Below, piece after piece: positions 8,202 to 16,824 of a stretch of DNA of 32,000 nt (the first letter of the stretch is position 1; each line of letters begins with the position of its first letter). The DNA is from Candidatus Methylomirabilis oxygeniifera (GTDB lineage: Bacteria > Methylomirabilota > Methylomirabilia > Methylomirabilales > Methylomirabilaceae): NCBI GenBank assembly GCA_000091165.1, contig FP565575.1:300001-332000 (forward strand), given 5' to 3'. The notes under the pieces were generated by a model. It saw nothing but the letters and a program-made list of their open reading frames with translations, searched no databases and was not told where the DNA came from. Both the position numbers and the translations under genes were made by a program.

Positions 8202-8295
8202 AGTGTTCAGTGTTGAGTTGTCAGTTGCGAGTTTTGAACTGGGGACTCGAAAACCGATACTGAAAACTGAAAATTTGGAACTTGGGAACTTGACC
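8202..8295. repeat. Heptamer array, family B (AGTGTTC AGTGTTG AGTTGTC AGTTGCG AGTTTTG ... CTGAAAA CTGAAAA TTTGGAA CTTGGGAA CTTGACC)
   Basis: 7-nt periodic degenerate tandem units in the proB-proA gap, with a central palindrome CAGTTTTGAACTG. Confidence 0.75.
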
Positions 8296-8309
8296 GTGAG
8301 GGACCCCAT

Positions 8310-9572
8310 ATGACGGCAGAGATGGTGCGGGAGCTTGGAACGGCAGCGCGGCTTGCGGCTCGGGCCCTCGCCATGGTGGTGCCGGAGGTGAAGAACCGTG
8401 CGGTGGCGGCCATGGCGGATGCGCTGTGGAGCGGCCGGACGGCGATCCTCTCAGCGAACGCGCTCGATCTGGCGGAAGCTAAGTCAGCGCACCATCCGTC
8501 TGCGTTGCTGGACCGACTGGCTCTCGACGAACGACGGATTGAGAAGATGGCGGCCGGCGTACGACAGGTGGCGGCGCTTCCCGATCCTGTCGGTGAGATC
8601 ACCGGAATGTGGCGCCGCCCAAACGGTCTGCTTGTCGGCCGGATGCGGGTACCGATCGGGGTCATCGGCGTCATCTATGAGGCCAGACCGGGGGTCACTG
8701 CCGACGCGGCGGCCCTCTGTTTGAAGTCCGGGAATGCCGTCATACTGAAAGGGGGTCGGGAGGCGATCCACAGCAACCGGGTTATCAGTAATCTGCTCGC
8801 GGACGCCGCCATATCACACGGTCTGCCCAAAGGCTGTGTGGCGTTCATCGATTCGGTTGATCGGGAGGCGGTGCATCACCTGCTGCAACTGACGGGGCTT
8901 GTGGACCTGATCATCCCTCGAGGAGGCGAGGAGCTGATTCGGGCGGTGCAGCGGACCTCAACGGTTCCGGTGTTGGCCCACGACAAAGGACTCTGTCACA
9001 CCTACGTCGATGAAGGCGCCGACCTGCAGATGGCCGAGGAGATCGCTTTTAACGCCAAGGTCGAACGACCGGGTGTGTGCAATGCTATGGAGAGCCTGCT
9101 GGTGCATGAGCGGGTGGCCGCGCTCATTCTGCCACGGATCGTCGGGCGGTTACAGGAGGCAGGGGTTGAGGTTCGGGGGTGTCATCGAACGATGGCCTTG
9201 GTTCAGGGTATTGCGCCTGCCACCGAGGCAGACTGGGATACCGAGTATCTCGACCTCATCCTGTCGGTCAAGGTCGTCGGCTCGTTTGACGAAGCGGTGG
9301 CGCACATCGCCGCGCACGGCTCCGGCCTGGCCGAGGCAATCGTCACGGCGGATCATGGCCGGGCTATGCGCTTCCTTCGGGAGGTCGATGCCGGCGCCGT
9401 CTTCGTCAACGCGTCTACTCGTTTTACTGACGGCTGGGAGTTCGGGATGGGAGCCGAGATGGGGATCAGTACACAGAAGCTCCACGCCCGTGGCCCGGTC
9501 GGCCTGACGGAGCTGACCTGCGAGAAGTTCATCATTTTCGGCGAAGGTCAGGTACGAGACTCGACCAAATGA
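8310..9572 (+). CDS. proA: Glutamate-5-semialdehyde dehydrogenase (gamma-glutamyl phosphate reductase)
   Basis: VIGVIYEARPGVTADAAALCLKSGNAVILKGG, catalytic Cys context ERPGVCNAMESLLVH, FVNASTRFTDG. Confidence 0.93.
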   Translation: MTAEMVRELGTAARLAARALAMVVPEVKNRAVAAMADALWSGRTAILSANALDLAEAKSAHHPSALLDRLALDERRIEKMAAGVRQVAALPDPVGEITGMWRRPNGLLVGRMRVPIGVIGVIYEARPGVTADAAALCLKSGNAVILKGGREAIHSNRVISNLLADAAISHGLPKGCVAFIDSVDREAVHHLLQLTGLVDLIIPRGGEELIRAVQRTSTVPVLAHDKGLCHTYVDEGADLQMAEEIAFNAKVERPGVCNAMESLLVHERVAALILPRIVGRLQEAGVEVRGCHRTMALVQGIAPATEADWDTEYLDLILSVKVVGSFDEAVAHIAAHGSGLAEAIVTADHGRAMRFLREVDAGAVFVNASTRFTDGWEFGMGAEMGISTQKLHARGPVGLTELTCEKFIIFGEGQVRDSTK

Positions 9573-9599
9573 TGAGTAAAGCGCGAACCACGAAATGCG

Positions 9600-9645
9600 A
9601 AATCCCCCCAGTCCCCCTTTTGAAAATGGGGGTGCGGGGGGATTT
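9600..9645. repeat. GC-rich palindromic element, copy 2 (AAATCCCCCCAGTCCCCC-TTTTGAAAAT-GGGGGTGCGGGGGGATTT)
   Basis: Inverted repeat between the proA stop and the probable nadD start. Same family as 1033-1078. Confidence 0.8.
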
Positions 9646-9655
9646 TAGGTCTACC

Positions 9656-10348
9656 ATGCATATCGGCGTGATGGGGGGGACATTCGACCCGATACACCTC
9701 GGTCACCTGCGGGCCGCCGAGGAGATCTACTGGGCCTTTGAGTTGGAGAGGATCATCTTTGTGCCTGCTGCCAGGCCTCCTCACAAAGAGGAGGAGTTCG
9801 AGGCCTCAGCCCAGCACCGATACGAGATGGTCTCGCTGGCGACTGTCTACACGCCATACTTCAGTGTCTCCCCGATTGAGCTGAGCCGACCGGGTCGATC
9901 TTACTCAGTTGAGACGCTCCGAGAGTTTCGGAAGCTCTATGGGGATGAGAGTACCATCTACTTCATCATGGGGGTCGATGCGTTCCTTGACATCGCCACA
10001 TGGAAGGACGTGCGGGAGTTGCTGGCACTGGCGCAGGTTATCGTGACTGCCCGTCCCGGCTGGCGGCTTGATGAAGTAGAACGCTCGATGACGCCTGAGC
10101 AGCGGCATCTCTTAGGGAATCCCGGATTCAAGTATATGAAGATTTCTGAGATCACGCGGGAAACCGTAACGGTACACAGTGAACCCCGCCCGGTTCTATT
10201 GGTTGAAGTGGTTTCGTTGGATATCTCCTCCAGCGAGATCCGGCAACTGGTGAGGGAGGGGAGGAGCATTCGACATCTGGTGACCGATACGGTGGCCGCA
10301 TACATAGGCAAAAATCGTCTGTATCAACCGGAACAAAAAGGTCCATAG
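9656..10348 (+). CDS. nadD: Nicotinate-nucleotide adenylyltransferase
   Basis: MHIGVMGGTFDPIHLGHL ((H/T)xGH motif), ISSSEIR. ATG 9656 preferred. The alternative ATG 9569 overlaps the proA stop and would translate the palindromic element as an N-terminal extension. Confidence 0.88.
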   Translation: MHIGVMGGTFDPIHLGHLRAAEEIYWAFELERIIFVPAARPPHKEEEFEASAQHRYEMVSLATVYTPYFSVSPIELSRPGRSYSVETLREFRKLYGDESTIYFIMGVDAFLDIATWKDVRELLALAQVIVTARPGWRLDEVERSMTPEQRHLLGNPGFKYMKISEITRETVTVHSEPRPVLLVEVVSLDISSSEIRQLVREGRSIRHLVTDTVAAYIGKNRLYQPEQKGP

Positions 10349-10352
10349 ACTG

Positions 10353-10787
10353 ATGCGAGACTTCGACGTGAGTTCACCCGAACGACGACCCGTATTGTCT
10401 GCCGACACGAGCGGGCGGATCGATACCGACGCGCTGTTGCAACTTGCAGTCGCGGCAGCCTTCGAGGTAAAGCCAACCTCGCTGGTCCACCTTGACCTCC
10501 GGGGTCTCTGCTCCTTCACCGACCATTTTCTTATTGTGAGCGCCCCATCGGCCCGGCAGGTCCGGGCCATTGCCGAACGGATTGAGGAGCAGCTTCGGGA
10601 AGTACACATTCGGTTGTCCCATCGGGAGGGCGACCTCGAGGCCCGTTGGATTCTTCTTGACTACAGTGATGTAATCATTCATATTTTCGACGAAGAAATG
10701 CGACAGTACTATGATCTGGAGGGGTTGTGGGCTGACGCGCCGAAACGGGAGCTGGTTCAGGGCGGATCATCGGTTTCCCTGAGCTAA
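10353..10787 (+). CDS. rsfS: Ribosome silencing factor RsfS (iojap family)
   Basis: DHFLIVSAPSARQVRAIAERI...WILLDYSDVIIHIFDEEMRQYYDLEGLW. Conserved position after nadD. Confidence 0.9.
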   Translation: MRDFDVSSPERRPVLSADTSGRIDTDALLQLAVAAAFEVKPTSLVHLDLRGLCSFTDHFLIVSAPSARQVRAIAERIEEQLREVHIRLSHREGDLEARWILLDYSDVIIHIFDEEMRQYYDLEGLWADAPKRELVQGGSSVSLS

Positions 10788-10814
10788 GTTGTGACAATGG
10801 AGTCGTACCCGTGA

Positions 10815-10844
10815 AGCGGAGGGCATATGAGCCCCGCTTTTTTT
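10815..10844 (+). terminator. Rho-independent terminator after rsfS
   Basis: AGCGGAGGGC-ATATGA-GCCCCGCT stem-loop followed by T7. Confidence 0.7.
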
Positions 10845-11027
10845 ATCAGCGCTCAGTCGTCAACGGTCAGCTTGCAGTGGCTGCATGAGTACACACTGTG
10901 GTGGTCTTATAGAACGCTCACATTACGTTGGTCTGAGGCCGACGGCGGATGACTGACAGCTTGTGCCTTTCTTATCGCTGGAATGGCCTGTCTGCGTGCG
11001 GCCATACACAGGCAGGGAGGTGACGGG

Positions 11028-11381
11028 ATGCCGTTGAGGGCAGCGATCCTGGAACGACTAAAGGAAAAGCTGTTGGAGAAACGACGCGCGTTGATTAACA
11101 CAGTGCGGGAGAAGCGCGCAGACAATCTGGAGGGCGGTAGCGATGGCACGCAGGACATTGCCGATCAAGCCACAACAGCCTACACGAAGGAGTTTCTGCT
11201 CTCCATCAGCGATACTGAACGCCAGTTACTGAAGCAGGTAGATGCCGCCCTGGACAAGATGCGGCTGAAGAAGTACGGCGAATGCGAACGATGCGGTGAG
11301 CCGATCAGCGAGAAGCGGCTCGATGCATTGCCGTTCGCCCGATTTTGTATTGCCTGCCAGGAGGAAGAGGAACGGAGCTAA
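11028..11381 (+). CDS. DksA/TraR-family C4 zinc-finger protein
   Basis: C-terminal CERCGEPISEKRLDALPFARFCIACQ and a coiled-coil N-terminal part. ATG 11028 lies 5 nt after AGGGAGGTGA. Confidence 0.8.
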   Translation: MPLRAAILERLKEKLLEKRRALINTVREKRADNLEGGSDGTQDIADQATTAYTKEFLLSISDTERQLLKQVDAALDKMRLKKYGECERCGEPISEKRLDALPFARFCIACQEEEERS

Positions 11382-12115
11382 AGGAACTACTGGCGGCCTT
11401 TTTTCATCTTATCTTTCCCTCCCCTTGCCGAGCGTGCCATCAACCCCTGGATGCTGCTCGCCGTTCTCTCATCTGTGGCCGCTGCTGGCTTAAGATTCGA
11501 CTCGTTTCTGAACCGTTCTGTTCCCGCTGCGGCAGGCCGTTTGCTTCGCCGATTGCCCTCAAAGAAAGTCCTGAACACCTGTGCGGTTCCTGTCGGGAAC
11601 GGTTTCCGCCGTATTCCATGGCAAGGGCTGCCTCGTTATACGAAGCCGGCGGGACAATGCGCCAGGCCATCCTCCTGTTCAAGTATGGTGGTCGTCCTCT
11701 GTTCGCCCGCCATCTGGGTCGTCTGATGGTCGAGGCGGCCGGACGACTCTTTGATCCCCGTGAGTTTGAGGCGCTGATTCCTGTTCCGCTCCATCCCGGA
11801 CGACAGCGCGCGCGAGGCTTTAACCAAGCCGCACTGTTGGCGAGGGAGGTCGGGCGCGGTTTCGGTCTTGATGTTGGTAAGCGTGTGCTTGGGCGGATCC
11901 GGGCGACGGAGGCTCAAAGTGGGGGTCGACGAGAGCGAGAGGAGAACGTCAAGGGAGCGTTTGTCGTTATACGGCCCGATGGCGTGAAGGGCAAAAAGCT
12001 TCTGCTGATTGACGATGTCTTTACGACCGGCGCGACCGCCGCCGAGTGCGCCAGGACCCTCCTCGCCGCAGGTGCCGCAGACGTCGGGGTTTACACCCTC
12101 GCCAGGGTCGAATAA
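11345..12115 (+). CDS. comF: ComF-family protein (phosphoribosyltransferase domain)
   Basis: N-terminal Cys pairs (CRACH...CGRCW, CSRCG...CGSC) and a PRTase motif KLLLIDDVFTTGATAAEC. Start is uncertain (TTG 11345 overlaps the previous gene). Confidence 0.8.
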   Translation: MYCLPGGRGTELKELLAAFFHLIFPSPCRACHQPLDAARRSLICGRCWLKIRLVSEPFCSRCGRPFASPIALKESPEHLCGSCRERFPPYSMARAASLYEAGGTMRQAILLFKYGGRPLFARHLGRLMVEAAGRLFDPREFEALIPVPLHPGRQRARGFNQAALLAREVGRGFGLDVGKRVLGRIRATEAQSGGRREREENVKGAFVVIRPDGVKGKKLLLIDDVFTTGATAAECARTLLAAGAADVGVYTLARVE

Positions 12116-12351
12116 CAGCGCCCAGGCCTTCTCCACCCCCGCCTGTTCACACACTTAATAGGACTTGCCAGAAGCCGAACAATATGTCTTAAATAGTCCA
12201 CCTTGAAACGCGAAAAAGGCGTTGGTGCCTGCAGGCGAGAGGGGAGGTGGTGTGGCCGTGAGGGTCGGGTAAGACACCATCCGCGCATCGGCTTTTGAAC
12301 CGAACACACGAGAATTGTCGCGCGCATGTCCGAAGAAAGGAGGACATTCCC

Positions 12352-12627
12352 ATGAAACGACTGCTCACTGCCGGGGTGATGGTCGGTCTGCTTGTGTCGG
12401 GGACCTCGATCTCGTGGGCTGCCACTAACTTGAATTCATCGAAGAGCAACATTAACCGGGTTCCTGGACAAGCAGGCGATCAGGTGAAAGGGACGACGAC
12501 GGCTGCTGCGCCCGCTACTCAAGATCCTTGCGCAAGTGTCAAGAACGATCCGAACCAATATGCCAAGTGTCAGGATGCGACGAAGCCTGCCGGTCTGAAA
12601 CACTCCCCGCGTCGAGGGGGCTATTGA
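12352..12627 (+). CDS. Small secreted hypothetical protein (signal peptide, two Cys)
   Basis: MKRLLTAGVMVGLLVSGTSISWA signal-like N-terminus. AAGGAGGA lies 7 nt upstream of ATG 12352. Confidence 0.55.
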   Translation: MKRLLTAGVMVGLLVSGTSISWAATNLNSSKSNINRVPGQAGDQVKGTTTAAAPATQDPCASVKNDPNQYAKCQDATKPAGLKHSPRRGGY

Positions 12628-12735
12628 TCCCAGCGCAGTCCGACCGGGTGGCGAGTTGAGTCGACCGGTTATTCGATGGATTGAAGGAGTGAGCGACGAG
12701 CGGACAAAAAATTCTAAGAGGTTGACCTTAAGGGA

Positions 12736-12764
12736 TTGACATTTCGGAGCAGGGGCGCTATAAA
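12736..12764 (+). promoter_or_regulatory. Sigma70-type promoter candidate for gap-pgk-tpiA-secG (TTGACA-17 nt-TATAAA)
   Basis: TTGACA 12736-12741, a 17-nt spacer, TATAAA 12759-12764, about 100 nt upstream of gap. Confidence 0.55.
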
Positions 12765-12824
12765 AAGGGGCTGATTTGCCTTCTAGGGGGTACCTTGTGC
12801 TCATTTCCGCGTCCATCGGAATAA

Positions 12825-13865
<1,041 letters not shown>

Positions 13866-13878
13866 TCGTTCATTCGAC

Positions 13879-13906
13879 GTACGGGCGGGTTAAATCCCGC
13901 CCGTAC
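13879..13906 (+). other. Perfect 11-bp stem-loop in the gap-pgk spacer (GTACGGGCGGG-TTAAAT-CCCGCCCGTAC)
   Basis: Seen directly. Followed only by ATTT, so it is a weak or partial terminator, or an mRNA processing or stability element. Confidence 0.5.
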
Positions 13907-13963
13907 ATTTGATGTCCGATGCGCGTCGCGTATACTTTTCCTCGTACTGTGTAAGGAAGAATC

Positions 13964-15152
13964 ATGGCCAAACTATGTATCGATGACCTGGAGCTCTCAG
14001 GGAAACGGCTTCTGATTCGCGTCGATTTCAACGTCCCGATCGACGAGCAAGGGACGATCACCGACGATACGCGGGTCCGCGCTGCCCTCCCAACGATCAG
14101 CTATGCGATCCGGCATGGCGCAAAGGTCTTACTCATCTCGCACCTTGGCCGGCCAAAGGGCGGACCCAACCCGAAGTTCAGCCTCAGACCGGTAGCCGGG
14201 CGGCTGGCTGCATTGCTGGGGGGTCCGGGTCCAGATGGCGGAGGATTGCGTAGGGGCGGAGGTGAAGGCCAGGATCGACAGGATGGGACCAGGGGACGTG
14301 CTGATGCTGGAGAACTGCCGCTTTCATCCGGAGGAAGAAAAGAATGACGAAGTGTTCTCCGGAGCGCTGGCGGGGCTATGCGATCTATATGTCAACGACG
14401 CCTTCGGTACGGCACACCGCGCCCACGCCTCTACGGTCGGTGTGACACGATTCGTCAAACAGTCGGCATGCGGTTTTCTCATGCAGACGGAGCTCAAGCA
14501 GCTCGGAGCGTTACTTGACTCGCCGAAGCGTCCTTTTATCGCCATCCTCGGCGGCGCCAAGGTGTCGGATAAGATCGGGGTTCTCGCCAATCTACTTCCG
14601 AAGGTGGACAGTTTTCTGATCGGCGGGGGCATGGCCTATACATTCTTGAAGGCTCAAGGGCAGGAGGTGGGGAGCTCTCGGGTGGAGGCCGACGGACTGA
14701 GGATCGCACAGGAGACGATGGAGCAGGCCGGCCGTTCGAGTGTAGGCATTCATCTGCCCAGTGACCATGTGATTGCCGAGCGAATCGATGCAGACGCACC
14801 GACCAGGCAGGTGGATGGGAGCATTCCTGTCGGTTCGATGGGTCTTGACATCGGTCCCGCGACGATCAGCCGGTTCACTCAGGAGGTGAGACGCGCCAAA
14901 ACGATTCTGTGGAACGGGCCGATGGGCGTCTTCGAGCTGTTGCCTTTCCGGGAAGGGACGTTTGCCCTGGCCAAGGCGGTCGCAACCTCCGGTGCGCATT
15001 CAGTGATCGGGGGCGGCGATACAGCCGCCGCTGTCGTCCAAGCCGGAGTTGCTGACCAGATGACTCATATTTCTACGGGTGGCGGCGCATCCCTGGAGTT
15101 TCTGGAAGGGAAGGAACTGCCGGGCATCGCCGCGCTCACAGATAAGAACTAG
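13964..15152 (+). pseudogene. pgk: Phosphoglycerate kinase interrupted by a 1-nt frameshift in a G6 run (possibly an assembly artefact)
   Basis: The N-terminal part (RVDFNVP...ISHLGRPKG...SLRPVA) is in the frame of 13964. The C-terminal part (AEDCVGAEV...[15 protein letters not shown]...[13 protein letters not shown]...) is in the frame of 14235. The span is 1189 nt (3n+1). Removing one G from 14218-14223 gives a continuous 395-aa PGK. Confidence 0.9.
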
Positions 15153-15247
15153 GGTAATAGGGTATAGCGTTTAGGGTATAGTCGCAGGGTCTTTGAAAGC
15201 ATTTACCCTAAACCCTAAACCCCACACCCTCTACCCTGTACCCTAGG
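15150..15247. repeat. Heptamer array, family A: G-rich arm, spacer, C-rich arm including (ACCCTAA)2, pgk-tpiA gap
   Basis: TAGGGTAATAGGGTATAGCGTTTAGGGTATAGTCGCAGGGTC - TTTGAAAGCATT - TACCCTAAACCCTAAACCCCACACCCTCTACCCTGTACCCTAGG. Confidence 0.9.
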
Positions 15248-15254
15248 ATTTGAC

Positions 15255-16013
15255 ATGCGGATCCCAGTCATTGCCGGTAACTGGAAGATGTACAAAACTC
15301 CTTCCGAGGCCATCGTACTGGCGGAGGGAGTGGTAAGAGCTTTGTCGTCGCTCAATGGGCCGGAGTTGGTAGTGTGTCCTCCATTCACGGCGCTTGCTGC
15401 CGTTGGTCAGGTCGTTGCCGGATCTCGAATAGGCCTTGGCGGTCAGGACCTGCATTGGGCAAAGGAGGGGGCCTACACCGGAGAGGTGTCGGCTGACATG
15501 CTCAGGGATATCGGATGCCGCTATGTCATCATCGGCCACTCCGAGCGGCGGCAGTACTTCGGAGAGACCGATGAGTGTGTGAATAAGAAGAGTCGGGCGG
15601 CCTTGGCGAGCAACCTGATCCCGATCGTCTGTGTCGGCGAGACCCTCACCGAGCGAGAGGCGGGACGCGCCGATGCTGTTGTAGAGACTCAGCTCAAAGG
15701 GGCGCTGTCGGGTCTTGTGCCCGAGCAGGTTCGACGGCTTATCCTCGCGTATGAGCCGGTCTGGGCTATCGGTACAGGAAAAACGGCCACCCCGAGCCAG
15801 GCCGAGGAGATGCACGCATATATCCGCAAGACCATCGCTATGCTGTTCGATGCCGAGATGGCTTACGGTATCCGCATCCTCTACGGAGGAAGCGTCAAGC
15901 CGGATAATGCCAAGGAGCTGCTGGAGCGAGCTGAGATCGACGGTGCACTGATTGGCGGGGCAAGCCTGCAGCCCGAGTCATTTGCAGCGATCGCAGCAGC
16001 CGCAAATAAATAG
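15255..16013 (+). CDS. tpiA: Triosephosphate isomerase
   Basis: [34 protein letters not shown]. Confidence 0.95.
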   Translation: MRIPVIAGNWKMYKTPSEAIVLAEGVVRALSSLNGPELVVCPPFTALAAVGQVVAGSRIGLGGQDLHWAKEGAYTGEVSADMLRDIGCRYVIIGHSERRQYFGETDECVNKKSRAALASNLIPIVCVGETLTEREAGRADAVVETQLKGALSGLVPEQVRRLILAYEPVWAIGTGKTATPSQAEEMHAYIRKTIAMLFDAEMAYGIRILYGGSVKPDNAKELLERAEIDGALIGGASLQPESFAAIAAAANK

Positions 16014-16093
16014 AGGGTGTTGGGTGGAGGGGGTAGGGGGTAGAATAAAGAAGAGAGATTCTTCAGTTGTTTCCCCGACACCCTATACCCTAG
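16012..16093. repeat. Heptamer array, family A, tpiA-secG gap; the G-rich arm fits a G-quadruplex motif
   Basis: AGAGGGTGTTGGGTGGAGGGGGTAGGGGGTAGAA ... CCCCGACACCCTATACCCTAG. Confidence 0.85.
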
Positions 16094-16110
16094 TTTTTAA
16101 GGAGGTATGA

Positions 16111-16482
16111 ATGGTTATCGCACTTTCCGTTATACATCTGCTTATTGCGCTGGTTCTTATTGTGATTGTGCTCCTCCAGAGCGGCAAGGGGGCCGACATC
16201 GGTGCCGCCTTTGGCGGCGGCTCGAGTCAGACCGTCTTTGGTGGGCGCGGCGCTGCGACCTTCCTGAGCAAGCTGACTCTGGCAGCGGCCGTTCTCTTTA
16301 TGGTCTCATCCATTATACTGACTATTTGGTCAGAGCGTAGGGGTAGTTCCTCAGTGATTACAGAGGAACGGGTCGGGCAGACCGCCCCAGCTCCCGCATC
16401 TCCTCCGGCTGATGCCCCGGCGCCGCCAACGTCTCCGGCCGGACAGACGCCGCCAGCGCAGGTCCCTTCAGCCGCTAAGTAA
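16111..16482 (+). CDS. secG: Preprotein translocase subunit SecG with a Pro/Ala-rich C-terminal tail
   Basis: LLIALVLIVIVLLQSGKGADIGAAFGGGSSQTVFGGRGAATFLSKLT is the SecG signature. AAGGAGG lies 5 nt upstream. The tail is APAPASPPADAPAPPTSPAGQTPPAQ. Confidence 0.9.
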   Translation: MVIALSVIHLLIALVLIVIVLLQSGKGADIGAAFGGGSSQTVFGGRGAATFLSKLTLAAAVLFMVSSIILTIWSERRGSSSVITEERVGQTAPAPASPPADAPAPPTSPAGQTPPAQVPSAAK

Positions 16483-16491
16483 CAAGAACGC

Positions 16492-16824
16492 ATGTCCCGC
16501 TTGCGCAGCGCCCTTGCACACGCGTTTGCACTGAGCGGGCAAGATAGTCGGCTCGAAGCGGAAGATCTTGCCTTGTTGGATCGTTGTGCCCGCTTGCTCG
16601 CCGACCGCGGTCTTGTGACCCCTGCGATATTCCTGGTGGAGTCGCTCGTCCCGCTCGGTTTCCTCGCCGGTCAACTGGTTCATGCCCTGACACCGATCAT
16701 GGGAATGGTTGCCTCCCTCGATGATGTCGAACGGCTCGCACGTGTGCTGGAGCGCCGAGACGCTCCGGCCGTCTTTATCGACAGGCTCCGACTCATAGAG
16801 GAGGAACAACGTTATGAGTCGTGA
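16492..16824 (+). CDS. Hypothetical 110-aa protein with a central hydrophobic segment; first gene of the unknown operon
   Basis: ATG 9 nt after the secG stop. The 3' end overlaps the next gene by 11 nt. Hydrophobic stretch LVTPAIFLVESLVPLGFLAGQLVHALTPIMGMV. No family recognised. Confidence 0.55.
   Translation: MSRLRSALAHAFALSGQDSRLEAEDLALLDRCARLLADRGLVTPAIFLVESLVPLGFLAGQLVHALTPIMGMVASLDDVERLARVLERRDAPAVFIDRLRLIEEEQRYES

Noticed and set aside
12326-12347. ATGTCC...GGACAT 6-bp stem partly covering the Shine-Dalgarno sequence of the small secreted-protein gene.
   Set aside because: The stem is short and such pairings arise by chance. There is no conserved riboswitch-like context, so it is not worth a claim without comparative data.
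14218-14223. Programmed ribosomal frameshifting or transcriptional slippage in pgk.
   Set aside because: There is no slippery heptamer or downstream stimulatory structure. A G6 run is short for slippage, so a homopolymer sequencing error or a simple mutation is the more economical explanation.
15204-15226. TACCCTAAACCCTAAACCCC, identical to the plant-type telomere repeat (CCCTAAA)n.
   Set aside because: There are only about two units, embedded in a degenerate heptamer array between two bacterial genes. This is not a chromosome end or a eukaryotic contaminant.
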